NCBI GenBank assembly: GCA_050179935.1
Contig: JBFXEQ010000004.1
Coordinates: 28,432 to 92,431, forward strand
Length of the DNA stretch: 64,000 nucleotides
Source of the DNA: Bacteroidales bacterium
Lineage (GTDB): Bacteria; Bacteroidota; Bacteroidia; Bacteroidales; UBA12077
Reading direction: 5' to 3'
The notes under the pieces are model-generated. The model saw only the letters and a list, made by a program, of their open reading frames with translations. It was not told where the DNA came from and ran no database searches. The translations under genes and the position numbers were made by a program. Below, one piece after another: positions 38,270 through 47,463 of this stretch (positions within the stretch are counted from its first letter, which is position 1; each line of letters opens with the position of its first letter).

Positions 38270-38884
38270 TTACCTACCCTCAGCAATAAGTAAAAGATAC
38301 AATTTTTGGGGTGTGGTATTATTCTTTCTACAGAAATCACTAATCTGTATTTCTTTGCTAACAACCTTATACCCTTTATTCTTTAATAAAACCGCTAATT
38401 CATCGTAAGAAATATGAATTAGGATTGCAAACTCGTTAAGAGATAGCTGATCGGGATTTGCAACATCAGGCATTACTGTATTTTTAACCATGTTCTGAGA
38501 AAAAACCTTTCCATATCCAACCAATTTGCTTACTGGTTTTAAATTATAATTGGTGGCAATAAAAATGGCAATTGTCAAAATTAAAACTACCAAAAACTCA
38601 ACAGAAACCATAGATTTTTTATTCTCTGATTTAAAGTACAAAACCATTAAGTTCCAATTAATTATAAAAATATGAAGCAATGCAAACAAAATAAATACAA
38701 AAGAAAACACGACATGTTGATTTTCCCAGTCGCTTTTTGTTAATCCGAGGATGTTCCATCCTATCCACCGCGAAACACTTCCTTCGGGAGCGATATACAG
38801 TGCAATACCAGAAAAAAGCATGAGTAAGAAAGTAAAAAGTAACCCGATACTAATAAAGCTTGTTAAACTAAACCTGTTTTTCAT
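38270..38884 (-). CDS. DUF4405-like membrane protein
   Basis: 204 aa with four TM helices. LFSGIALYIAPEG...HVVFSFVFILFALLHIFINW pattern, recognised from memory. Confidence 0.5.
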   Translation of the reverse strand: MKNRFSLTSFISIGLLFTFLLMLFSGIALYIAPEGSVSRWIGWNILGLTKSDWENQHVVFSFVFILFALLHIFIINWNLMVLYFKSENKKSMVSVEFLVVLILTIAIFIATNYNLKPVSKLVGYGKVFSQNMVKNTVMPDVANPDQLSLNEFAILIHISYDELAVLLKNKGYKVVSKEIQISDFCRKNNTTPQKLYLLLIAEGR

Positions 38885-38965
38885 GAGTTGATGGTTAAAT
38901 AGTTAGCAAAATAGGTATAAATATAAAATTTTATACATTTGTTTTGAATTTATTTTGGCTTTAAG

Positions 38966-39937
38966 ATGAATAAAAAAGATTTACGTATTGTTTATTTGGG
39001 AACACCTGAGTTTGCTGTAGCCCCGCTAAAACTACTTTACGAACAAGGATATAACATTGTCGGTGTTGTTACAAATCCGGATAAACCAGCAGGAAGAGGA
39101 CAAAAAATTCAGGAATCGGCTGTAAAACAATATGCCAAAAGTAAAAACCTGAATATACTTCAGCCCGAAAAATTTAAAGATCCAGTATTTATTAATCAGT
39201 TATCAAATCTTAAAGTCGATTTACAAATTATTGTTGCTTTCAAAATGCTTCCTGAGGTTATATGGTCAATGCCGCGATTAGGAACAATAAATCTACATGC
39301 CTCATTATTGCCTCAATACAGAGGTGCTGCTCCCATTAACTGGGCTATCATTAATGGGGAGAAAACAACCGGACTCACTACCTTTTTTCTGAAACACGAA
39401 ATAGATACAGGAAATATTATTTTTAGAGAGGAAGTTTCAATATCTGAAGATGATTCAGCAGGAACTCTTCATGACAGGTTAATGGAAAATGGAGCCAAGC
39501 TTATAGTTAAAACTGTTGATGCTATAATTGCCGGAAATTATCCACAGATTAATCAATCAGGGTTAATTGAGCCTAATAAACAAATAAAAGCAGCTCCAAA
39601 AATTTTTAAAGATGATTGTCGTATAAACTGGAATCAACCTATTGAATCTATTTATAACCTTATAAGAGGATTAAGTCCCTACCCTACTGCATGGACAGAG
39701 ATTTTAACACATGAAAAAGAACCTGTTCAGATAAAGATCTTTGATACTTTAAAAGAATTAGCTAATCATCAATTACAAGCTGGAACCATTGTAACTGATG
39801 AAAGAAAATTTCTTAAAATTACAGTACCCGGCGGATATATAAATATCATCAGGCTGCAACAGGCTGGCAAGAAACCCTTATTAATTAATGAATTTTTAAG
39901 AGGATTTCAGAATATTAAAACATATACTCTAAAATAA
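38966..39937 (+). CDS. fmt: methionyl-tRNA formyltransferase
   Basis: 323 aa. IVYLGTPEFAV and HASLLPQYRGAAPINWAIING. Confidence 0.9.
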   Translation: MNKKDLRIVYLGTPEFAVAPLKLLYEQGYNIVGVVTNPDKPAGRGQKIQESAVKQYAKSKNLNILQPEKFKDPVFINQLSNLKVDLQIIVAFKMLPEVIWSMPRLGTINLHASLLPQYRGAAPINWAIINGEKTTGLTTFFLKHEIDTGNIIFREEVSISEDDSAGTLHDRLMENGAKLIVKTVDAIIAGNYPQINQSGLIEPNKQIKAAPKIFKDDCRINWNQPIESIYNLIRGLSPYPTAWTEILTHEKEPVQIKIFDTLKELANHQLQAGTIVTDERKFLKITVPGGYINIIRLQQAGKKPLLINEFLRGFQNIKTYTLK

Positions 39938-39941
39938 ACGA

Positions 39942-40979
39942 TTACTCAGTATCAAACTCTGTAATTACAGGTTCTTCCTTTTTCTCTTCAGCAGTCGTTT
40001 CTAATTCAGGTTTAGTTTTTCTCAGATACAGTTTTTCACCTGGTTCTGGCTCTGTACCTTCTTTCATTCTATTTTTTTCGTATAATACTTTTAATCTTAT
40101 ACCATAAAGTTGAGAAATAGAGTGCATTGTTTCGCCTTCGGTTACTGTATGAAAATTTTTTCCATGCTCAGCATTATTGCGTTTAGGCTGTAGGTAGATT
40201 ATCTGACCTTCATTAAGAACCGCATTCTGAGGTAACTCGTTATATTTAGCCAACTCCCATGTTAACTTTTGAAACTCTTCGGTAAGAGAAACAAATGTGT
40301 CGCCTTTTTTTACAATGATATAATCAATTCTGTTTTTCTCATAAACAGTATGTCGGTTTAGCTGAATTTTAAAATTATCTACATTACCTAGATTAATTTG
40401 TTGTGTATCTGGTTGTATATCAGTTGAATTATTTGGCAATAGTCCCGAATCATAAAGATATAACTGATTATCCTCAATTATTTTAATAATCATGCTAGCA
40501 TAACTTTTATTTGTTGCATAACCAGCTTTTTGCAATCCATGTGCCCACGATTTATAATCTGTAGTACCATAATCGAACAAAAAACTATAGCGGCTACCGT
40601 TTACAATAAAGTCGGAATGGTCGTGGTACGAATCGTACACATTATCATATTTTCTGAAACACTCTCCTCTTTTATCATCATCATGATAAATTTTACCTCC
40701 ACTCCAGCCATTATGACATTTAATTCCAAAATGATTATTTGCTTTTCTCGCCAGCGTGCTATTTCCGTTATCTGATTCTAAAAGAGCCTGAGCAATGGTA
40801 ATACTTGCAGGAATTCCACATCTATTCATCTCGCGAATGGCGAGATCTTTATAATTGGCAATATAAGTTTTTCGATCTTGCGTGATAACCGGCAAACTCG
40901 ATGAATTGGTTGCCTGTCGCGTTGATGAACATGAATATAGTATAATCGGAATAAGTATCAAACACAGTCTTTTTATCAT
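39942..40979 (-). CDS. N-acetylglucosaminidase-domain peptidoglycan hydrolase with two LysM domains
   Basis: 345 aa. Lipoprotein-like signal ending LYSC. AQALLESDNGNSTLARKANNHFGIK. LysM-like YIIVKKGDTFVSL and HTVTEGETMHSISQLYG. Confidence 0.75.
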   Translation of the reverse strand: MIKRLCLILIPIILYSCSSTRQATNSSSLPVITQDRKTYIANYKDLAIREMNRCGIPASITIAQALLESDNGNSTLARKANNHFGIKCHNGWSGGKIYHDDDKRGECFRKYDNVYDSYHDHSDFIVNGSRYSFLFDYGTTDYKSWAHGLQKAGYATNKSYASMIIKIIEDNQLYLYDSGLLPNNSTDIQPDTQQINLGNVDNFKIQLNRHTVYEKNRIDYIIVKKGDTFVSLTEEFQKLTWELAKYNELPQNAVLNEGQIIYLQPKRNNAEHGKNFHTVTEGETMHSISQLYGIRLKVLYEKNRMKEGTEPEPGEKLYLRKTKPELETTAEEKKEEPVITEFDTE

Positions 40980-41121
40980 GGCTAATTGTTTTTTATCTTG
41001 AAAATAAGGTAATCCATTAATCTCTTATTAAGAATTCAGTTTTTTTTTGTTATTTTGAACAAATATAAAAATAATCGTTTTATAACATCAATAGAAAGTG
41101 GATTAACCAAATTAAATGTGA

Positions 41122-41604
41122 ATGAAAAAACGAGAAATAATTTCAGTCTTAACAGACTACAATTCTTCTGCCGAACTTGAAAAAATCTACGAGGAATTAA
41201 TAAATAATGCTAAGAAAGCTGCAGAGAGCGCCTATGCACCTTACTCAAAATTTAAAGTTGGAGCTGCAGTTTTACTAGGAAACGGACTTATAATCAGAGG
41301 AAATAATCAAGAAAATGCTGCTTATCCATCGGGATTATGTGCCGAACGGGTTGCCATTTTTTATGCCAATGCTCAATACCCTGAACAACCAATAAAAGCA
41401 ATAGCCGTAGCTGCCTTAACTGCCGATGGATATACTAAGGATCCAATTCCTCCATGTGGATCGTGCCTTCAAGTAATGCTAGAAAGTGAAAATAAATTCA
41501 AAACATCGATAAAGGTATTTCTGTATGGCGAAAATAAAATTACCTCAGCAGAAAGCATAAAACAGTTTCTGCCTGTAAATTTTAACAGTGAAATGCTTTT
41601 TTAA
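41122..41604 (+). CDS. cdd: cytidine deaminase
   Basis: 160 aa. Zinc motifs CAERVAI and PCGSCLQ. Confidence 0.85.
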   Translation: MKKREIISVLTDYNSSAELEKIYEELINNAKKAAESAYAPYSKFKVGAAVLLGNGLIIRGNNQENAAYPSGLCAERVAIFYANAQYPEQPIKAIAVAALTADGYTKDPIPPCGSCLQVMLESENKFKTSIKVFLYGENKITSAESIKQFLPVNFNSEMLF

Positions 41605-41650
41605 AGTAGATCAGATTTAGAAATAGATTTATTGTAATTCTTATTAACCA

Positions 41651-42100
41651 ATGAAAGTAATAGCTATACTACATAAGCTTAGTTACCTAAAATGGGTTTT
41701 TGTATTATGGATGATTGGATTAATGGCTTATATTTTTATTTGGAGTCCCGAAAATCCGATTCAGCTTGTGGGACAAGTAATTTTTATTTCGGGAATTGCA
41801 ATGGGGCTAACTAGTTTAAGTGATACTACCAAAATTACTGAGAAGCAGGTAAGAGATTTATCAAATCCTAAAACAACAAAAAAGCTATTTGTTATTTTCT
41901 TTGTATCAATAATATTTCTTTTCGTTATAAGTTTATTTTTTCATATCCAGCGATTTATACATCCTGAAGCCAATAAATCCATTTTAAATGATTTTACAAA
42001 GTTGGGATACGACTGCCTGGTAATGGTTTTAGGATTACTTTGCCTTGTAAAACAACTGGCAGATCAGATAAAATATGTAAACAGTATGAATTCGAAGTAA
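41651..42100 (+). CDS. hypothetical four-TM membrane protein
   Basis: 149 aa. Supported by hydrophobic helices only. Confidence 0.45.
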   Translation: MKVIAILHKLSYLKWVFVLWMIGLMAYIFIWSPENPIQLVGQVIFISGIAMGLTSLSDTTKITEKQVRDLSNPKTTKKLFVIFFVSIIFLFVISLFFHIQRFIHPEANKSILNDFTKLGYDCLVMVLGLLCLVKQLADQIKYVNSMNSK

Positions 42101-42147
42101 AGGTTAATAGAAGAAAAAGGATTCGCTCATCAACTAAAAAATAGACT

Positions 42148-43707
42148 TTAGTATTTAGCAAGTATTTTTAAGAACTCAGCATTTGGTTCAGTTCCATCAT
42201 TATCGGCAGAATATTGGGGTTTTAAACGGTTAACAAAATACATATCAAGTTCTTCGCTATTCTTAACCTCAATTTTGCCACGGTAGGTGCAATCGAAAAA
42301 ATCTTTAATATATTCATAAGTAACACCAGAAACATTTACACGTCCTATTTGTCCAAGCTGCTCCATTCTGGCTGCTCTATTAACAGCATCGCCCCATATA
42401 TCATAGGCGAATTTCTTTTTACCAATAACACCTGCAATTACTTCACCTGTATGAATACCAACACGCAATTGCCATACTTCCTGATTATTAGCTTTTTTCT
42501 GTTCACCATACTCTTTAATAAACTTCTGAATTTTAAGTCCTGCAATAGTTACGTCAATCGGATTACTTTTATTGGTTAGTGGTAATCCGCCAGCGCACAT
42601 ATATGCATCACCAATAGTTTTTATTTTTTCGATAAAATGGCCTTCGATAATCTCATCGAATTTCTGAAAATAAGTATTCAATTCGCCAATAAGATCATGC
42701 ACTGGCGTTTTTAATGCCAGTTTAGAAAAATCTTTAAAATCGGTAAATAAAATACTCACCATTTTATATTGCTTTGATCGGGCTGAACCTTTTTTCTTAA
42801 GCTGATTTGCAATCTCGGCAGGTAATATGTTTAGTAAAAGCTCGTCCGATTTATGCTTTTGTTCTTCAAGCAGTTGATTTGTTTTTTCGAGACTTTCAGT
42901 CAATGTAAGAAGACTTTCATTTTTAGCTTCGAGTCTTTCCTCCACTTCTTTTAACGCAGAAACATCCGACTCAATGGCTACAAATTTGATGATCTCATTT
43001 TGCTCATTAAGAATTGGTGTTAGTGTAGTTTGTATCCAGATTGGAGTTTCATAATTGGTAACCCACTTATTTTCATAAACAACGCTCTCATACCCATCTT
43101 TACATTTTTGAATTGCATCCGCTAATTTAGGATTTGTTTTTGCGTTAAAAATATCTGCTTCAAATTTTTCTTTAAACTCGCTGTAGGTAAAACCATACAT
43201 TTTTTCAAATCCCTCGTTAACCCATTCAATAACTCCACCAACACTAATAATTATAACACTATTAGCTGATCTTTTTGCAACTATCGATAATTCGCGCAAT
43301 ACTTCATGTTCAATATAAATATCATGCTGAAACTCGCTTCGGTTTAGAGCTGCATCAAATCGCAACAGCAACTCCTCTTTAGTAAATGGTTTTCGGATAA
43401 TATCTACAATACCATATTCAAAAATACGGTCTAAATTAATTACCGGCGAATATTCTGAAACTATAAGTACAGGAATGCCATGTGTTGCCCTATTTTGTTT
43501 TAACGACATTATACTGTCAATTCCACTTCTAACAAGGGTTTTAGGAAATACAATTATTACATCAGGGCTGTATTCTAAGGCTTTGTTGTATATTTCTTCC
43601 TTATTCGTTTGTATAATATGCAAATCGTCAATTTCATCTATAAGTAAATCATGTAATTGCGTGATTGTTTCGCCATTATCATCAGATACTAAAATTTTAT
43701 AACTCAT
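42148..43707 (-). CDS. receiver-like domain / PAS / coiled coil / class III adenylate cyclase
   Basis: 519 aa. Cyclase motifs VSILFTDFKDFS, KIKTIGDAYM, RVGIHTGEVIAG and YDIWGDAVNRAARME. The Lys/Asp pair is typical of adenine specificity. The N-terminal REC-like fold has ILVSDDN and IRKPF but Phe where the phospho-Asp should be (VIIVFP). Confidence 0.85.
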   Translation of the reverse strand: MSYKILVSDDNGETITQLHDLLIDEIDDLHIIQTNKEEIYNKALEYSPDVIIVFPKTLVRSGIDSIMSLKQNRATHGIPVLIVSEYSPVINLDRIFEYGIVDIIRKPFTKEELLLRFDAALNRSEFQHDIYIEHEVLRELSIVAKRSANSVIIISVGGVIEWVNEGFEKMYGFTYSEFKEKFEADIFNAKTNPKLADAIQKCKDGYESVVYENKWVTNYETPIWIQTTLTPILNEQNEIIKFVAIESDVSALKEVEERLEAKNESLLTLTESLEKTNQLLEEQKHKSDELLLNILPAEIANQLKKKGSARSKQYKMVSILFTDFKDFSKLALKTPVHDLIGELNTYFQKFDEIIEGHFIEKIKTIGDAYMCAGGLPLTNKSNPIDVTIAGLKIQKFIKEYGEQKKANNQEVWQLRVGIHTGEVIAGVIGKKKFAYDIWGDAVNRAARMEQLGQIGRVNVSGVTYEYIKDFFDCTYRGKIEVKNSEELDMYFVNRLKPQYSADNDGTEPNAEFLKILAKY

Positions 43708-43922
43708 AGATAAATGTGAATAAGGAATTGTTAATTGTTTAAAAGTATAATTTTTTTGAATAAATAAATCATTCGTTCATGCATTTTTTTAGTCCACTTG
43801 CCAAAAATGAATACGCAAATTGTCCGAATTTCAATTATACTGCTTAAATTTCATGAATAATTAAGTTAAAACTAATTTGTATTAACTTTTTTTCTAAATT
43901 TCAAGGTAAATAAAAATCGAAT

Positions 43923-45152
43923 ATGGGATATACCGTTCTGTTGATTGACCCATTAGAAAAAAATCTGGATGGCTTGAATACTAATCTCTCCAATGCATTA
44001 CCTGATTATATTTTTTTTACTATAAACGATTATACAAACTTAAATAAGCAGATTATAAATTATTCCCCAGATCTTATCATTATTGATATTGATCATACTG
44101 CAACCAACAATAATCATTTTCTCCCTGAATTGATTCAATCGGTTAATGTTCCTGTTATTGCTATATCGCAGGCAACCTCTATTGATGAAATTTTCAATAC
44201 GGGTATAATTTCTTTTATTCAAAAACCTGTTTCGGATATTGCTATAGTGTCGGCGATAAAAACTGCTGTTAAATTTATTTCAACATTTAAATCACTTGAA
44301 CAAAAACAAAACGAGATTGAGATAATAAACAAACATATTGAGGTACAGCACAATAATACATTGAAACAGAGAGACATTATAACTCAAAAAAATAGCGAGA
44401 TAATGGCCGATATAAGATATGCCAGTCGCATTCAGCGAGCCATATTACCCAATACTTCTCATTATGAAGAGCTTACAAATCAGCATTTTATTTTTCATTT
44501 ACCAAAGAGTTTTGTGAGCGGCGATTTTTATTGGATAAAAAGATATAATGACAAACTTATTTTTGCCGTTGGTGATTGCACCGGACATGGAGTTTCGGGA
44601 GCATTAATGCATATGCTGGGAACAGTGTATCTTAATAGTATAATTACCGAAAATACGTTTAAAAATGCAAGTGATATTCTGGAGCAATTGCGAAGTAAAA
44701 TTATGATATTGTTGCATCAGAAAGGGAATATGGGCGAAACTCAGGACGGAATGGATATTGCCCTTTGTATTGTTGATTGTAATAATAAGACAATTGAATT
44801 TGCTGGTGCAAACAATCCGCTTTACTTAATAAGGAATAACGAACTAATTGAATACAAGGGCGACAGAATGCCGGTTGGTATTCATATTAATTTTAATAAA
44901 TCATTTACTAACCACATAATTGAAATAAAAAGCAATGATATTATTTACCTTTTCTCAGATGGTTATGCCGATCAATTTGGAGGCGAATCGGGTAAAAAAT
45001 TCAGGTATAAAAGATTTCAGGATTTATTAATTGAAATAAATCAATTACAGATGTACAGGCAGAAAGAAGCACTCGAACGCGTATTTATTGATTGGTTAGG
45101 TTCTTTAGATCAAGTTGATGATGTACTTGTTTTTGGATTTAAAATAAAATAA
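43923..45152 (+). CDS. receiver-like domain fused to a PP2C (SpoIIE-type) phosphatase
   Basis: 409 aa. REC-like VLLIDP...PDLIIIDID...FIQKPV, then a coiled coil. PP2C motifs YASRIQRAILP, SGDFYWI, GDCTGHGVSGA, SDGYADQFGG and DDVLVFG. Confidence 0.8.
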   Translation: MGYTVLLIDPLEKNLDGLNTNLSNALPDYIFFTINDYTNLNKQIINYSPDLIIIDIDHTATNNNHFLPELIQSVNVPVIAISQATSIDEIFNTGIISFIQKPVSDIAIVSAIKTAVKFISTFKSLEQKQNEIEIINKHIEVQHNNTLKQRDIITQKNSEIMADIRYASRIQRAILPNTSHYEELTNQHFIFHLPKSFVSGDFYWIKRYNDKLIFAVGDCTGHGVSGALMHMLGTVYLNSIITENTFKNASDILEQLRSKIMILLHQKGNMGETQDGMDIALCIVDCNNKTIEFAGANNPLYLIRNNELIEYKGDRMPVGIHINFNKSFTNHIIEIKSNDIIYLFSDGYADQFGGESGKKFRYKRFQDLLIEINQLQMYRQKEALERVFIDWLGSLDQVDDVLVFGFKIK

Positions 45153-45174
45153 CTTTAGCTTTTAAATTTATAAA

Positions 45175-46920
45175 ATGATCACAAAAGCTTTTAAATATTC
45201 ATTACTCTTACTAATACTATTCTCGGAAACTATTTTTGGACAACAAATACCCGATAATATAAAGGCAGAACTTTCCTCGTACGAAGAACAAATAGCCAAG
45301 TTTAAAAACGAAGGAAACAAAAGCCTCGAATTGGAATATTCGAGTAAAGCAGCCTTTTTATGTTGGAATAATCAGGTTTTTGATCAGGCCATCAAAAATT
45401 TTGAAAATGTACTTGATATAAATAAATCACTAAATAATAACAATGGTATATTAATGGCTACCAATTATTTAGGCATGATTTACAACGAATCAGAAAAATA
45501 TCCAAAAGCCATTGAGTATTTTAAAAGTAGCATTTCAATTAGCAAATCATTAAAAAATAAGCCCAATATTGTTTCAGGATTAATTAATATAGCCCAAACC
45601 TACCAGCTATCGGGAAATTATGAGGAGTCGAATAAATCATCATTTGAGGGAATTAATTTATCAAAAGAACTCAATGATATTAAATCCTTACGAACATTTT
45701 ACGGTATTGTGGCCGACAACTATCAGAAGCTTGGTAACTCAGGTAAAAGCATCGAATATTTTGATCTTTTTGCTTCGCTCGATAAATTTATTAAAAATCA
45801 GGAAATTACCGATATTAAAAATCAGTCGGCCAGCGAGGTTAATAAAGCCCAGCAAGAAAAAGCAATAACAGAACAAGAGTTAAACAAACAAACCGATAAA
45901 CTTAAAAAAACCGAAGATTCGCTTGCTGTGGTTGAAGAGTTAACGCGTGAGCAAAAAATGCAACTCGAACTAAAAGAATCGCAAATTAAAGCACAGGAAG
46001 CCCAGCTAAAACTTGAGCGGTTATGGCGAAGCATTTTAATTTACGGATTTATAGCCATATTAATAGTTGCCGGATTACTTTTGTTTTTATACCGAAAAAT
46101 ACGAACCCAGAAATTTCAGATTGAAGATCAACGCGACAAACTTGATCTGCAGAATAAAAAAATCAACTCAAGTATTCAGTATGCACAAAATATACAGCAA
46201 GCTATTTTGCCAACATCGAAGCAATTAGACAAACATTTTGAATATTTTTTGACATACAAACCAAAAGACATTGTTTCAGGAGACTTTTACTGGTATGTTG
46301 AGTTTAATAACCGAGTTTATATTGCCTCAATTGATTGCACCGGCCATGGAGTTCCCGGAGCATTCATGTCGATGATTGGCAGCAGATTATTAAATGAAAT
46401 TGTAATTGAAAAAAACATTCTCGATCCGGCCAAGATACTTTCAACACTTAACGATAAAATTATAACTGCATTACGCCAGAACGAAACTGAAAACGAGGAT
46501 GGTATGGATGTTTGTTTACTTTGTTTCGAAGATATAAATCAGAAGAATAAAGCAATTTTTACCGGTGCAAAAAGACCATTATTGATTTATAAATCAAATA
46601 ATAAGTCTATTGAAGAGATTAAAGGCGACAGGCTGGCCATTGGCGGATCAAAAAACGAAAACAGAGATAAAGATTTTACTAGTCATTCGATAATTATAAA
46701 TAAAGGTGATATTGTATTTTTATCATCCGATGGATTAACAGACCAAAATAATGCTGAAAGAAAGCGTTTTGGTTCTCAACGATTTAATGATCTTGTAATT
46801 AATAATAGTCATAAAAATTTAACTGATCTGAAAACTATTATAGAAAGCGAACTTGAAAATTTTAAACAAGGTGAAGAGCAAAGAGATGATATAACTTTAA
46901 TTGGATTAAAAATAAAATAG
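45175..46920 (+). CDS. TPR-repeat ectodomain / TM / coiled coil / PP2C (SpoIIE-type) phosphatase
   Basis: 581 aa. Signal peptide, TPR-like repeats, TM ILIYGFIAILIVAGLLLFLY. PP2C motifs YAQNIQQAILP, SGDFYWY, IDCTGHGVPGA, SDGLTDQ and DDITLIG. Starts 22 nt after the preceding gene. Confidence 0.8.
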   Translation: MITKAFKYSLLLLILFSETIFGQQIPDNIKAELSSYEEQIAKFKNEGNKSLELEYSSKAAFLCWNNQVFDQAIKNFENVLDINKSLNNNNGILMATNYLGMIYNESEKYPKAIEYFKSSISISKSLKNKPNIVSGLINIAQTYQLSGNYEESNKSSFEGINLSKELNDIKSLRTFYGIVADNYQKLGNSGKSIEYFDLFASLDKFIKNQEITDIKNQSASEVNKAQQEKAITEQELNKQTDKLKKTEDSLAVVEELTREQKMQLELKESQIKAQEAQLKLERLWRSILIYGFIAILIVAGLLLFLYRKIRTQKFQIEDQRDKLDLQNKKINSSIQYAQNIQQAILPTSKQLDKHFEYFLTYKPKDIVSGDFYWYVEFNNRVYIASIDCTGHGVPGAFMSMIGSRLLNEIVIEKNILDPAKILSTLNDKIITALRQNETENEDGMDVCLLCFEDINQKNKAIFTGAKRPLLIYKSNNKSIEEIKGDRLAIGGSKNENRDKDFTSHSIIINKGDIVFLSSDGLTDQNNAERKRFGSQRFNDLVINNSHKNLTDLKTIIESELENFKQGEEQRDDITLIGLKIK

Positions 46921-46947
46921 TATTTTTATAGTAAATTTGTTATTAAC

Positions 46948-47451
46948 TTGAATAATAAAACTTTGCTAACATATAGAGGACCCTTTTATATTGAGCTTAT
47001 TTCGGTTTTTGGCAATAATGTCAGAAACTATACAAGTGCATATGGTAATGCAAACAAAAAGCTCTTTAGGATATTTATTGAATTATCGCAAAATGTATCT
47101 AATTATTCCGAAGATTATCATCTTGTTAATAATGAAAGTCGTATTGGAGTTGGAGAGCTGAAGCTAGTTGAGTGCGATACTCATTTTAAATTTACAACAA
47201 AAAATTTGGTAAAGAAAAGCGATAGCAAAATATTGATTAACCGCTGCGATCTTATAAATCAATCGAGTCTTATGGAATTAAGACAACTCAAAAGAGAACA
47301 ACGAATAAATTCGCCAGGCGAAAAATTTGGCGCCAGAATAGGACTAATTCAGGCAGTAATGTTATCGCAAAACAAACTTGAATATCAATGTGATGAAGTT
47401 GATGATAACTTTGCTTTTTTATCGCTTACAGTTAAAATAGATAAAAATTAA
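46948..47451 (+). CDS. SiaB-like (DUF6272) small GHKL-type protein kinase candidate
   Basis: 167 aa. TTG start, with no in-frame ATG near the N-terminus. LLTYRGPF...KKLFRIFIELSQNVSNYS matches my memory of the SiaB/DUF6272 N-terminal pattern. Positioned directly upstream of a DUF1987 gene, as in siaB-siaC. Confidence 0.6.
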   Translation: MNNKTLLTYRGPFYIELISVFGNNVRNYTSAYGNANKKLFRIFIELSQNVSNYSEDYHLVNNESRIGVGELKLVECDTHFKFTTKNLVKKSDSKILINRCDLINQSSLMELRQLKREQRINSPGEKFGARIGLIQAVMLSQNKLEYQCDEVDDNFAFLSLTVKIDKN

Positions 47452-47463
47452 TGATTATATAAT

